A DNA stretch of 64,000 bases, taken from positions 47,814 to 111,813 of the forward strand of contig JACMRA010000016.1 in assembly GCA_014376695.1 (NCBI GenBank). The letters are read 5' to 3'. Positions 1 through 9,433 of the stretch are shown one piece after another. The notes below the pieces were generated by a model that was not told the origin of the DNA, ran no database searches, and saw nothing but the letters and a program-made list of their open reading frames with translations. Each line of letters starts with the position of its first letter. The first letter of the stretch is position 1. The stretch comes from Minisyncoccota bacterium. Its GTDB lineage: Bacteria > Patescibacteriota > JACMRA01. Position numbers and translations under genes: made by a program.

Positions 1-854
1 CCGACTATGATAATATTAAGATAACCGATTATTCTCCCGATTTGGACACTATCTACATATTACCGAAGCAAGTTGAAACCGCCACCGCCAATCAATTTAC
101 CGAAAACTATATTAATTCTACCGACAGGCAACTTAAGCTTGGAATTAAGGACGCCAGCCAAAAGCTACTAATTTACAACAGCGAAAATTACAACAGCGAA
201 TGGAATAATATCCGATTAAGTTCTGAGAAAATCAAAGACTTTAGACCAGAAGTCAAACACTATGAAACCGTATATGGATTTAATACCTTCGAAGTAGATA
301 TTAGTAAGTTCTGTGGGCAATTAGAATCGAAGTGTTTGGACGACAAATCAATAATCTTAGACATTAATTTCAAACCTCAAAAATGGATGAACCTCGGCAT
401 AATAATCTCAGGATCAACTTTAGTGGCAATTTTGCTCTGGCTAGTCTATCTTTCTCTACCGGCCCGCTTCCGAAAAAACCCCTTCGGCAAAGTTAAGTCC
501 CAAATCATCGACTACCCAACCCCGCAAACCATAACCGACAGCTTCGATCAAATGCTAGCCAACAACAAAGCCAAAGCCATATTCCGAACCCGCAAAAAAG
601 AGATCAAGCAAACAATGGCCGAATTCGGCCCAGACAAGGTCCGAGAGTTTAGAATTAAGCCAGAACCAATCCCAGCAAAAGCCTCAGCTTTAGAAACCGA
701 ATTAGAAAATGATTACCCAGAAGAGGAGGTAGTCGCCTTGGTGGAAGAGGAGGTTCCCGTAGTAGAAGAGCCCAAAAAAATACTAGAAATTCCAGTCATC
801 CCACCAGCCAAAGCCCGCAAAGGCAAGAAAAAGAAAGGCGGAAAAAAAGCTTAA
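1..854 (+). CDS. C-terminal part of a membrane-anchored protein (5' end outside window)
   Basis: The frame of track ORF 42..854 stays open back to nt 3, so the TTG at 42 is probably internal. One TM helix (LGIIISGSTLVAILLWLVYLSL), then an E/V/P-rich and K-rich tail. TAA at 852-854. Confidence 0.5.
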   Translation, partial: DYDNIKITDYSPDLDTIYILPKQVETATANQFTENYINSTDRQLKLGIKDASQKLLIYNSENYNSEWNNIRLSSEKIKDFRPEVKHYETVYGFNTFEVDISKFCGQLESKCLDDKSIILDINFKPQKWMNLGIIISGSTLVAILLWLVYLSLPARFRKNPFGKVKSQIIDYPTPQTITDSFDQMLANNKAKAIFRTRKKEIKQTMAEFGPDKVREFRIKPEPIPAKASALETELENDYPEEEVVALVEEEVPVVEEPKKILEIPVIPPAKARKGKKKKGGKKA

Positions 855-865
855 AAAATACTAAT

Positions 866-894
866 TTGACAACTGTAGCTTATTTATGTATAAT
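866..894 (+). promoter_or_regulatory. sigma70-type promoter
   Basis: TTGACA (866-871), 17 nt, TATAAT (889-894); lies 24 nt upstream of ATG 918. Confidence 0.6.
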
Positions 895-917
895 TGTAGC
901 ACTAATATAGTCATTAT

Positions 918-1190
918 ATGTCACAAACAAACACCTTTATCCGTCTACGCCAAACCGATATTCTACAAGAGTTAATCGAATTTCTACAAGCGACCAAGTT
1001 TCGCGGACTTGATAAAACCGAAATAATACGAGCCAGTCTAGCTGAGATAGTTTGGCAAGTCAAACAAAAATCATCCCTTAACCAACAAGATATTGATGGT
1101 ATAATTACCGCTCGAAAAGAACTCTCTAGTGGTAAAGTTAAGTCAATGACCAGCTCAAAGGATATCCAAGATTTTATAAATGCTTTGTAA
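918..1190 (+). CDS. putative antitoxin of a type II TA pair
   Basis: 90-aa ORF. Its TAA (1188-1190) overlaps ATG 1190-1192 of the downstream RelE-like gene (TAATG coupling). No family motif recognised. Confidence 0.5.
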   Translation: MSQTNTFIRLRQTDILQELIEFLQATKFRGLDKTEIIRASLAEIVWQVKQKSSLNQQDIDGIITARKELSSGKVKSMTSSKDIQDFINAL

Positions 1191-1491
1191 TGACTTATCA
1201 ATTAGATTATACCGAAACTTTTGTAAAGTCAATCAAAAACTCAGCGGCAAAAAACCATTGGATATCAAACTCAAAAAAGCCTTAGAAAAATGCTTAATTA
1301 CACTGGCCGACAACCCAAAAAGCCCAGGATTAAATTCTCATATTGTTGATTCTTTGGATAAAAAAGACGTTTGGAGTAGCTGGGTAACTGGAGATATACG
1401 AATAATATGGGAATATAATGAAAATAAAACCCTGTCAATTTTTTTGATTCGAGTAGGTGGCCATAGTGGACGCAATTCAGTTTATAAATAG
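1190..1491 (+). CDS. RelE/YafQ/ParE-superfamily toxin, needs a -1 frameshift at 1249-1255 (or is a frameshifted pseudogene)
   Basis: The N-terminus MTYQLDYTETFVKSIKNSAAK is in the frame of ATG 1190, which stops at TAG 1283-1285. The C-terminus PLDIKLKKALEKCLITLADNPKSPGLNSH..WSSWVTGDIRIIWEY..IFLIRVGGHS is in the frame of track ORF 1180..1491. The frames join at A AAA AAC. Confidence 0.6.
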
Positions 1492-1602
1492 GGGTAGCAA
1501 CTGGCACCATCGACTCAAATAGCAACAAAGCTAAAGCAGTATTAAGAACTTGAAAAACGAGGTTAGACCGATAATGGTCAAATTTGCAAGTGATTTAAGC
1601 AT

Positions 1603-1640
1603 AAAAAAGGCACCGAGAGTAACACAAGGCGCCTTTTTTT
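1603..1640. terminator. bidirectional rho-independent terminator
   Basis: An A-run, the stem AAGGCACC/GGCGCCTT (one mismatch), then a T7 run. Sits between convergent genes ending at 1491 and 1647. Confidence 0.55.
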
Positions 1641-1646
1641 CACAGG

Positions 1647-2141
1647 TTATTTATTTTTTCTCATAACGTTCCCTGTAAAGGGGGAGAACGTCCCTTTTGT
1701 TTCATACTTTCCCCTGAATATTTTTGGCTTTTCGCTGTTGTTTACGCATGTTGCGAGCGTTACTGAGTTTCCGTCGCTTGCACCAAAGGCGATTGACGCC
1801 TTTGGTTGAAGTTCTAGTACAACGGAGCCGTCCCAAAGGCTACCATCTATAGTTAACGCGGTTTTGTCGCCGCTTATTGTCATTGCGACCCCGCCCTCTG
1901 CTGTAGCCTTGAGGCTACCGAGAGTAATCTTGGTTATAGCGATAGGCTTTACGCCTGTTTTTTCAGATTCGTTCACAGCTGCTTCAGCTGTCCCGAGCTT
2001 GGATACGTCTGAGATATCGCACCCAGGCATCTGTAAATCGAGCGGTTTAGCTTCAACTTTAGTATTAGCCGTAGAACCACATGAGGCTATAACGGAAATC
2101 AAAGTTAGAAGAAAGAACAAACGCAAAGAGGTATATATCAT
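1647..2141 (-). CDS. lipoprotein, unknown function
   Basis: Signal peptide with lipobox (LISVIAS-C); 164 aa. Confidence 0.6.
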   Translation of the reverse strand: MIYTSLRLFFLLTLISVIASCGSTANTKVEAKPLDLQMPGCDISDVSKLGTAEAAVNESEKTGVKPIAITKITLGSLKATAEGGVAMTISGDKTALTIDGSLWDGSVVLELQPKASIAFGASDGNSVTLATCVNNSEKPKIFRGKYETKGTFSPFTGNVMRKNK

Positions 2142-2374
2142 TGGAAAGTCCCAGCTTAAACTGGTTCTAAAAGAACAATCTGTGAAAAGTGATAGTAGAT
2201 TCCATTTCGGAAAATCCTTTCACTACTATTAACAGTGCACACTTACGCGATATTGTCAAGTAGTCTGGGTAGAGAAGTTACCTCGTCAATAACACAACCT
2301 TAACTCAAAAAGTTACCTGCACACTCAAAGTGCATATTTGACAAACATCAACAACAAATCAATGGTTATTGTGT

Positions 2375-3472
2375 ATGTATAATAAAAGCATCCCCTACAA
2401 CAATCTGCCAAAACTGCCGCCAAAGTTTGATTTTGACACAATTGAAATCCTCAAAAAACTCAACCAAGCCAACAAAGCCGTGGCTAGTTTCGATGCCAGT
2501 TTGACTACTCTTGTCAATCCAATGCTACTTGTAGCCCCGCTTACAGTTCGAGAAGCCGTAAAAAGTAGCCAAATTGAAAATATTTTTACAACGGTTAGTG
2601 AGGTTTTTGAGAGTAGTCTCTTTCCCGAAGACCAGACCCCCGCTCAAAAAGAAGCTCTATATTATAAGGACGCTTTGATTGAGGCCTATAGCTGTATAAT
2701 TAGCAAAGGAGGTCTTAGTGTCAACGATATTATTCGGGTGCAATTAATTTTGGAACCTAACAAAACTGGTATTCGCAAAATTCCCGGGACAGTAATTGGG
2801 GCTGTCAAAGCTGGTAAACTCGAAACTCTCTATACCCCGCCCGAAGGCTATGATACTATAATGGACTTGTTAAGTAATTTTGAAAAATCTTTTAACCTGC
2901 AAACAGATAGTACTGATTGGAATGAGCTAGATCCTTTGTTGCAGTTCTCTATATTACACTATCAATTCGAGTCAATCCACCCTTTTTACGACGGTAACGG
3001 CAGGACTGGAAGGATCCTGATGATTGTCTTTTTGGTTCTGAGTCGGGCAATTCGATATCCCGTCTTGTTTTTGAGCGGGTATATTCTTGAGAACAAAGCT
3101 GAGTATTATCGAATTCTCAATCAAACCACCGAAACTGGCGACTATACGGCGCTCTTAATGTATTTTTTGGATTGTATTATCGCCCAATCTCTCGAAAGCA
3201 AAAAAACCGTGGATCAGATATGGGAACATTATAATTATATAAAAACAGAGTTGCAGCAACAAAAAATTGATTCACATTCTTTTGAGATGCTTGACTACCT
3301 CTTCACAAAGCCCCTATATACCATAGGAGATATGGAAAAAAACACCGGCAAACACCGTAATACCTGTTCTAAATATCTCAACAATTTAGTTAAAATCAAC
3401 CTAATCCAAAAAAGAAAATACAAAAAAGAAAATATTTTTTTCAACCCGAAATTCCTCCAAATCCTTAGTTAA
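2375..3472 (+). CDS. Fic family protein (AMPylase-type core, auto-inhibited class)
   Basis: Core motif HPFYDGNGRTGR, upstream inhibitory-helix motif SSQIEN ([ST]xxxE[GN]), and a wHTH-like C-terminus. ATG 2375 is preferred over TTG 2369 because TTGACA 2338-2343 lies 37 nt upstream. Confidence 0.85.
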   Translation: MYNKSIPYNNLPKLPPKFDFDTIEILKKLNQANKAVASFDASLTTLVNPMLLVAPLTVREAVKSSQIENIFTTVSEVFESSLFPEDQTPAQKEALYYKDALIEAYSCIISKGGLSVNDIIRVQLILEPNKTGIRKIPGTVIGAVKAGKLETLYTPPEGYDTIMDLLSNFEKSFNLQTDSTDWNELDPLLQFSILHYQFESIHPFYDGNGRTGRILMIVFLVLSRAIRYPVLFLSGYILENKAEYYRILNQTTETGDYTALLMYFLDCIIAQSLESKKTVDQIWEHYNYIKTELQQQKIDSHSFEMLDYLFTKPLYTIGDMEKNTGKHRNTCSKYLNNLVKINLIQKRKYKKENIFFNPKFLQILS

Positions 3473-3484
3473 AGACAAAAACTT

Positions 3485-6052
3485 ATGACCAATCCAAGCC
3501 AATTACCGCCAAAGCCGTTAACTCAAGCCCAAGTCCAAGATAGGATCAAACTAGGTCAAATTAACACCGTGCAAGTTATCCGAGGGCGTAGTTATAGCCA
3601 GATTATCCTTGAGAATACGATCACTTTTATCAATATACTGCTGGCTGGAGTATCGGTTTTGTTAATTATTTTTGGTAAGTATAGTGATGCGATTATATAT
3701 TTTTCGGTGGCTCTAATTAACATTTTGGTCGGTCTAATTCAAGAAATCTCCGCCAAAGCCAAACTTGATTCTATAGCTGATCTCGTTAGCCCGAAATCTC
3801 GTATTATACGAAGTCTTATAAACAATTTACAACCGAATGAGCAATTATTACCAGTTAATCAAATTGTCCTCGATGATATTATAGCTCTTGGTTCTGGTGA
3901 TATTATTCCCGTGGATGGAGTTGTCATATCGGGGGGACTTCTAATTGATGAGTCAATCCTGACAGGCGAAAGCGATTATTTGCACAAGCAAAGCGGCCTC
4001 GAGGTCTTTGCTGGGACAAGTGTGGTCAGTGGGACAGGCACGATGCAAGCCACCAAAATCGGCTCTAGCACAATGGCCAATCAGATAAATTCACGAGCCA
4101 AAGTCTATCATCGCGAGCTGACCCCAATCCAGAGCGAAGTCAATTTGATTGTGCGGGTGCTTTTTTTGATTACCGTTACTCTTGGTGGAATGTCAGTGCT
4201 AGCCAACTTAATTGTCCCGCGTTCTATTGACGAGAGTTTGCAGATTGCGGCGGTGATTCTAGGAGTAATCCCCAATTCCTTATTTGCATTAATTAATCTT
4301 AGTTACGCACTAGGAGGAGTTGCCATCCTCAAAAAAGGAGCCTTAATTCAGCGTCTTAATGCTATCGAGTCGCTATCCAATGTGGATGTTTTGTGCCTTG
4401 ATAAAACTGGAACTCTAACCACCAAAAATCTTATCTTAGAGCAGGCGATTAATCTGGGCGCTGTTACGGATATTGAGCAAAGCAAAGTTTTAGACGATTT
4501 AATTAATTATTCAAGTGAACTAAACGCCACAACTCAGGCCATAGCCACTTCCAGGCAAATTACTAATCCAGCCTCCCAAAAACCTCTGGTCGAAATCCCT
4601 TTTAACTCAAGTTACAAATGGAGCGGAGTCAGCGTCGAGCAAAAAACAGATTATACGAAGTCTAAAAATATTAATATTGTAATTGGAGCAAGCGATGTAA
4701 TCCTCAACCATTTCAAAGCCACCCAAAATCGCACACCGCAATACCAAAACCAAGACTTGAACCTACATGTATCAACTTTACAAAACCAAGGACTCCGATG
4801 TCTTATTGTGGCCACAAGTAATCAAATTCTGGATCTGAACAACAACCAGCCAATTCTGCCAAATGACTTAGAGCTGATTTCTTTGCTCGTGTTTAGTGAC
4901 CAGATACGGGATGAGGCCAAAGAAACTTTGGATCTATTTCAACAAGCTGGAATTGCTATTAAGATAATTAGCGGCGACAATCCAGAAACGGTAATGGCCC
5001 TAGCTAAACAAATCGGAGTGGGTAAAGATGCCAAAATGATAAGCGGGACCGAGCTGGATAATCTCCCCCTTGATAGTTGGTCAGCTGTTGTGGAAGATAC
5101 AACAATCTTTGGGCGTATCACCCCAGCCCAAAAAGAAATCCTAATTCAAACTCTCAACAAAAACGGTCATTATACAGCAATGATTGGCGACGGTGTTAAT
5201 GATGTAATGAGTATCAAGACGGCAAAACTCGGTATTAGTATGGAGAGTGGAAGTCCGGTTACACGATCGGTCGCCGATATTCTTTTGCTCGGGGATTCAT
5301 TTGCCTCCCTGCCTCAAGGTCTCCTAGAAGGCCAAAAAATCCGCAACTCCCTAGAAGATATATTTAAGCTATTCCTGGTCAAAATTATCTATCTTGTAAT
5401 GTTAATTATCGGCATTCGAATGGTCGGCTTGCCATTTCCGTTCAGCATCAAGCAAAGTTCCTTAATCGCCATATTCACCACTGGGATTCCAGCTATTGGC
5501 CTGGCTCTCTGGTCCCACCCAGGAACCAAAAAAGGTCAATCACTCCTAGATTCGGTGCTTCACTTTGTCATTCCAAGTAGTATTAGTCTTGGGTTGTTTG
5601 GAACTGGCCTGCTATTTGGGCTTTCTTGGCTCGAACTATTTAAACTAAAAAATACTACTGAAATTTCTAGACTTCTAAATTTTAATTCACTCGAGATTAC
5701 GCAGGCTTTTAATCTAGCTATTCCCGAGCTTCAAACGGGATTGACCCTGTTTTTGATTTTAGCAGGGCTTTGTCTCAATATATTTGTATCCCCCCCGATC
5801 AAAAGACTCAGTTTCGGGGCCGTATCTCGCCGTGATTGGCGACCAACAATACTTTCATTTGTTCTATTTGTGATTTTAGGCGGTTTATATTTTAACCCAA
5901 TAACCTCTAATTTTTTGGGATTGTCTAGGCTTGGCTATGACCAAATTGGAGTGGTGGTAAGTACGCTTATTTTTTGGGTGATTACTGTTAGCGTTATATG
6001 GAGATTCCGTCTTATTGATAAATTCCTGGGGATCAAATTACCCCAAAAATAA
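3485..6052 (+). CDS. cation-transporting P-type ATPase
   Basis: Motifs LTGESD, DKTGTLT and GDGVNDV, with multiple TM helices; 855 aa. Confidence 0.85.
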   Translation: MTNPSQLPPKPLTQAQVQDRIKLGQINTVQVIRGRSYSQIILENTITFINILLAGVSVLLIIFGKYSDAIIYFSVALINILVGLIQEISAKAKLDSIADLVSPKSRIIRSLINNLQPNEQLLPVNQIVLDDIIALGSGDIIPVDGVVISGGLLIDESILTGESDYLHKQSGLEVFAGTSVVSGTGTMQATKIGSSTMANQINSRAKVYHRELTPIQSEVNLIVRVLFLITVTLGGMSVLANLIVPRSIDESLQIAAVILGVIPNSLFALINLSYALGGVAILKKGALIQRLNAIESLSNVDVLCLDKTGTLTTKNLILEQAINLGAVTDIEQSKVLDDLINYSSELNATTQAIATSRQITNPASQKPLVEIPFNSSYKWSGVSVEQKTDYTKSKNINIVIGASDVILNHFKATQNRTPQYQNQDLNLHVSTLQNQGLRCLIVATSNQILDLNNNQPILPNDLELISLLVFSDQIRDEAKETLDLFQQAGIAIKIISGDNPETVMALAKQIGVGKDAKMISGTELDNLPLDSWSAVVEDTTIFGRITPAQKEILIQTLNKNGHYTAMIGDGVNDVMSIKTAKLGISMESGSPVTRSVADILLLGDSFASLPQGLLEGQKIRNSLEDIFKLFLVKIIYLVMLIIGIRMVGLPFPFSIKQSSLIAIFTTGIPAIGLALWSHPGTKKGQSLLDSVLHFVIPSSISLGLFGTGLLFGLSWLELFKLKNTTEISRLLNFNSLEITQAFNLAIPELQTGLTLFLILAGLCLNIFVSPPIKRLSFGAVSRRDWRPTILSFVLFVILGGLYFNPITSNFLGLSRLGYDQIGVVVSTLIFWVITVSVIWRFRLIDKFLGIKLPQK

Positions 6053-6078
6053 CGATACCCCCTTAATTTTTTGCAAAC

Positions 6079-6543
6079 TCACCAAACTCTAACGGCAACA
6101 GGCTGAGCTTTCAGCTCTTGAGTAAATCCAATACCCATTTCATTGTACCTATTATACAAAGAGGCGGCTAGATCATCTAACTTAGAATTAAGTAACTGAC
6201 AAAATTCTGGTTTGGCAATCAATTCAACAAGATGACCGGCTCGATTGATCTGATTTGAGACACTTTCTATAGCTTGGCTAATTGTTCGAGTAATTGCCAT
6301 TGAGCCAATAAGCGCCCCATTATAGGTATTGCTAAGTATAATCCTAAATTTAGCTAATCGAGTATTTAATTCTTGATATAAGCTCAGATGTAGTTCTAAC
6401 AATTCACTTGTAATCAGCTCGCTGTAGTCTTCCCAATTATCTTCAAGAATACCGACAGCCGTAATAATTGTCTCTACTAGCAATTTTGGGTTGGTCATTG
6501 GTAAGGCCAAAATTTGGCTTTTTCTGAACCTATCTCTGGGCAT
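6079..6543 (-). CDS. hypothetical protein
   Basis: 154-aa ORF filling an otherwise empty interval; no motif recognised. Confidence 0.45.
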   Translation of the reverse strand: MPRDRFRKSQILALPMTNPKLLVETIITAVGILEDNWEDYSELITSELLELHLSLYQELNTRLAKFRIILSNTYNGALIGSMAITRTISQAIESVSNQINRAGHLVELIAKPEFCQLLNSKLDDLAASLYNRYNEMGIGFTQELKAQPVAVRVW

Positions 6544-6686
6544 ATTTGTATTTATTTAAATATTTGTTTAATTTAACTACAATATAAGTTATTAACAGTG
6601 TTTAGTCAATCAAGGCCAAAAAATTCAATTTGACACAAAGTTGATTGTAACCCAATGTTAAAACAGTTATTTTAACTAATATCACT

Positions 6687-7121
6687 ATGCTTCCATCTTT
6701 CTCAGATTATATCATAATAATCGCCGTTTTACTTATCATTGTACTTATTGTGCTAATTGGGGCGCTCTACAATATGTATTATAATCTCAGGCGACAAGAT
6801 ACCAAATGGAAGGCAATTGCCAGCAGTAAACTAAATGCCATACAGACAAACTCACGCCTAAGCCTCGAAAACAAAATCGTGGCTCTGGACAAGTTACTCG
6901 AATACACTTTGCAACATTATTTCGGGAACTACGGCGACAAAATCTCAGAAATCCTCAAAAAGCAATCCAAGTCTTTTAGTGACGTGGAACTAGATGGGAT
7001 TTGGCTTTCGCGCAAGATAGTGACTCAGTTAACTGGACCTGTGCAATATGGGGGGAACTCAATTAATCTCGAAAATACGCTCAACATCTACACCAAATAC
7101 ATCAAAAAATATATGAGGTAG
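6687..7121 (+). CDS. hypothetical membrane-anchored protein
   Basis: N-terminal TM helix (IIIIAVLLIIVLIVLIGALY); 144 aa. Confidence 0.5.
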   Translation: MLPSFSDYIIIIAVLLIIVLIVLIGALYNMYYNLRRQDTKWKAIASSKLNAIQTNSRLSLENKIVALDKLLEYTLQHYFGNYGDKISEILKKQSKSFSDVELDGIWLSRKIVTQLTGPVQYGGNSINLENTLNIYTKYIKKYMR

Positions 7122-7138
7122 TGGGATAGTCAGATTAT

Positions 7139-7387
7139 TTATTGACTACCATCGTATTCGCGACATTCATAATCATCGCTTCCAGAGTTTTCGTATGCAC
7201 CTAAAATAAATGGGATAGCAACCCGGAAAATAACCCACTGTGAATCTTGCGGCTGAAGTTCTTCGACTGCAGTTGGAAGGCAATCGATATGATGAGCTGT
7301 TTTTGGGTCTATTTCTCCCGGTTGCGCTAATTTGCCCTCATTTGAGGCCCAATCGGGAAGATAAGCTGTTTTTAAAAATGTATCCAT
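7139..7387 (-). CDS. hypothetical protein
   Basis: 82-aa ORF with no overlap with neighbours; no motif recognised. Confidence 0.4.
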   Translation of the reverse strand: MDTFLKTAYLPDWASNEGKLAQPGEIDPKTAHHIDCLPTAVEELQPQDSQWVIFRVAIPFILGAYENSGSDDYECREYDGSQ

Positions 7388-7489
7388 AGTATATAATAGT
7401 TAAGCAATAGTTTGATGGATTGAAGTCTAAGTCTATAATTGCTTTTTTGGCAAGGTTGACCGGCGGCGTATTATAGTTATAACTTGGCT

Positions 7490-9433
7490 ATGAACAATTG
7501 GCAGTCTAAACTAATTGATGGGCTCTTAACACGGTTTTGGTATCTAATTATCTCGTCCTTTGCGATATATATCGTTCTACTGGTCGATTCGAGCGATCGG
7601 TTCCAAACTAGCTCGGCCTTAGGTAATATAAGGTTGAATCCGTTTTTTTGGACTCACCTCTGGAATAATCAAGCGTTAAAAATCAAATTACTAAATCAAG
7701 AATTATCTCTGCAAAACCTATTTTTTGGGAACGAAACTATATATTCCTGGGCTGTTCTCGCGATTACCATTTTGGTATTTGTATTTTTGATATTTATTTA
7801 CGAACCTACAAGAGATTGGTTCCACGGTTTATATAAAGAAATTAAAGGAGAAACTAAACCCGTTATATATAAGTTATTCGGTCTCGCTTGGGTTTTAAAC
7901 TCACTTTGGGACGAGATAAAAGAAAACAACATAACAACATTGATAACTTCCTCGGCTGACTCTGATAAAATCCCCAATCACGCACTAGATCTTGAATGGG
8001 TTAATAGTAATACAACTGATAATCTAGAACAAGGTTTTATTGACTTATTCGTTAAGGAATATTTGGAATTTGTAGATCAATTAGCGGTGGCAATCGGAAA
8101 AAATATAACTAGGCTCAAACGAGAAAGTCTAGTGATTTTTTATGACGGGCAACAAGGAAGTGGTAAATCCTCAATTACCAATTTAATGATAGATCTAAAG
8201 TTAATGAACGCCAAAAACATTGGATATAACCAAACGTACAGCTATTTTAGCAAAAATTACCAAAAATTAGTCGAAAAAGATCCGAAGACTGATATTTTTG
8301 CACCGTCACCATATATCTACAAATTCGATACGACCCAAGTCCAGAATACCGATAACTTTACCAAGGCAATATTAGATGAGATTGAGTAAATCCTCCACGA
8401 GAACAACATCCTATCCGAAAATATAATCAATCAATACTATGCCCATGTAACAAGTAAAGTAGACGGTTTCGACTGGCTAAAATTACTCCCATTCTCCAAA
8501 AAGCCAGAAAGCATAAGCGACCAGAAAGAAAAAATCTCCAAAAAGCTCAATTTATTTGATAAACAGGTAATAATTGTAATTGACGAAGTTGACAGACTCA
8601 ACCCGAAACAAGTTTATAACTTATTTAACTCACTTAATTTTGTGTGCGGTTTTAAGAATTTAGTTTTTGTAGTTAATTTGGATGATAAGCATATCAAGCA
8701 AACTACCTGCTTTGAGTATTTCCCAGTGTTGAAACAAAGCTCGGCCGTTGTAAGAGGAGTCTATGGGCAAGTGCAAGGAAATTCTCCGTCATTAATTTTG
8801 AATTCAATTTTTGAAAACGGGAAGTTGAATATACAGATAAATAACCTATACCTCAAATATTACCAAGAGTTGATTGAGAAAAAGATGTCGGGATATTCGG
8901 TTTTTAAGCTTGCACAAGAAAAACTTCCAGGTATCACATCAAATTTAGAATTATTACATTTGATAAAAGATAATCGTAGGATGGTGATTGATACTAATAT
9001 AGAGGTAGAACATGTTTACAAACAAATTAACTTTATTCTAATTCCAGGTGGTAATTTAACAATGGAAGCTTATTTAAATAATCAAATTGATGTACAACTT
9101 AAGTTTTGTAAATTGATAAACGATCAAAAAGTCGAAATAAATAAAAACACGTTACTAGTTATTTACAGTGCCTATTCTAGCTTGTGGAAAGAATATGAGA
9201 CAACGAATAAATGTCAACTATACTCAATAATGCATTTTTTCGATAACGATGGGCACTGGATGAAAGAGATTTTAATTAACTATTGTAAAGAACACTATTA
9301 CATTTCTTCAGAAGAAGTAGATATAAGTAATACAAACAAAGCGATACAAGCAAATCTAATTGACGATTATCTGTTTCCAGTCAATTACAGGCAGGTTATC
9401 CGCAATATTACAAGTTTTAAAAAGCTAGCGTAA
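7490..9433 (+). pseudogene. KAP-family P-loop NTPase with N-terminal TM domain, interrupted by one in-frame TAA
   Basis: Walker A GQQGSGKSS and a KAP-like Walker B VIIVIDEVDRLNPKQV. The frame is open from 7484 to 9433 except for TAA 8387-8389, so the track splits it into 7484..8389 and 8642..9433. Paralog of 49191..51214. Confidence 0.65.

Noticed and set aside
914-2232. Track ORFs 914..1201 (-), 1298..1528 (-) and 1864..2232 (+).
   Set aside because: Each is antisense to a better-supported gene (antitoxin, toxin, lipoprotein) and has no motif, promoter or SD support.
8387-8389. TAA as a reassigned or read-through sense codon.
   Set aside because: TAA terminates many well-supported genes in this window (for example at 852, 1188 and 26007), and I know of no bacterial TAA reassignment. 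A nonsense mutation or sequencing error is simpler.
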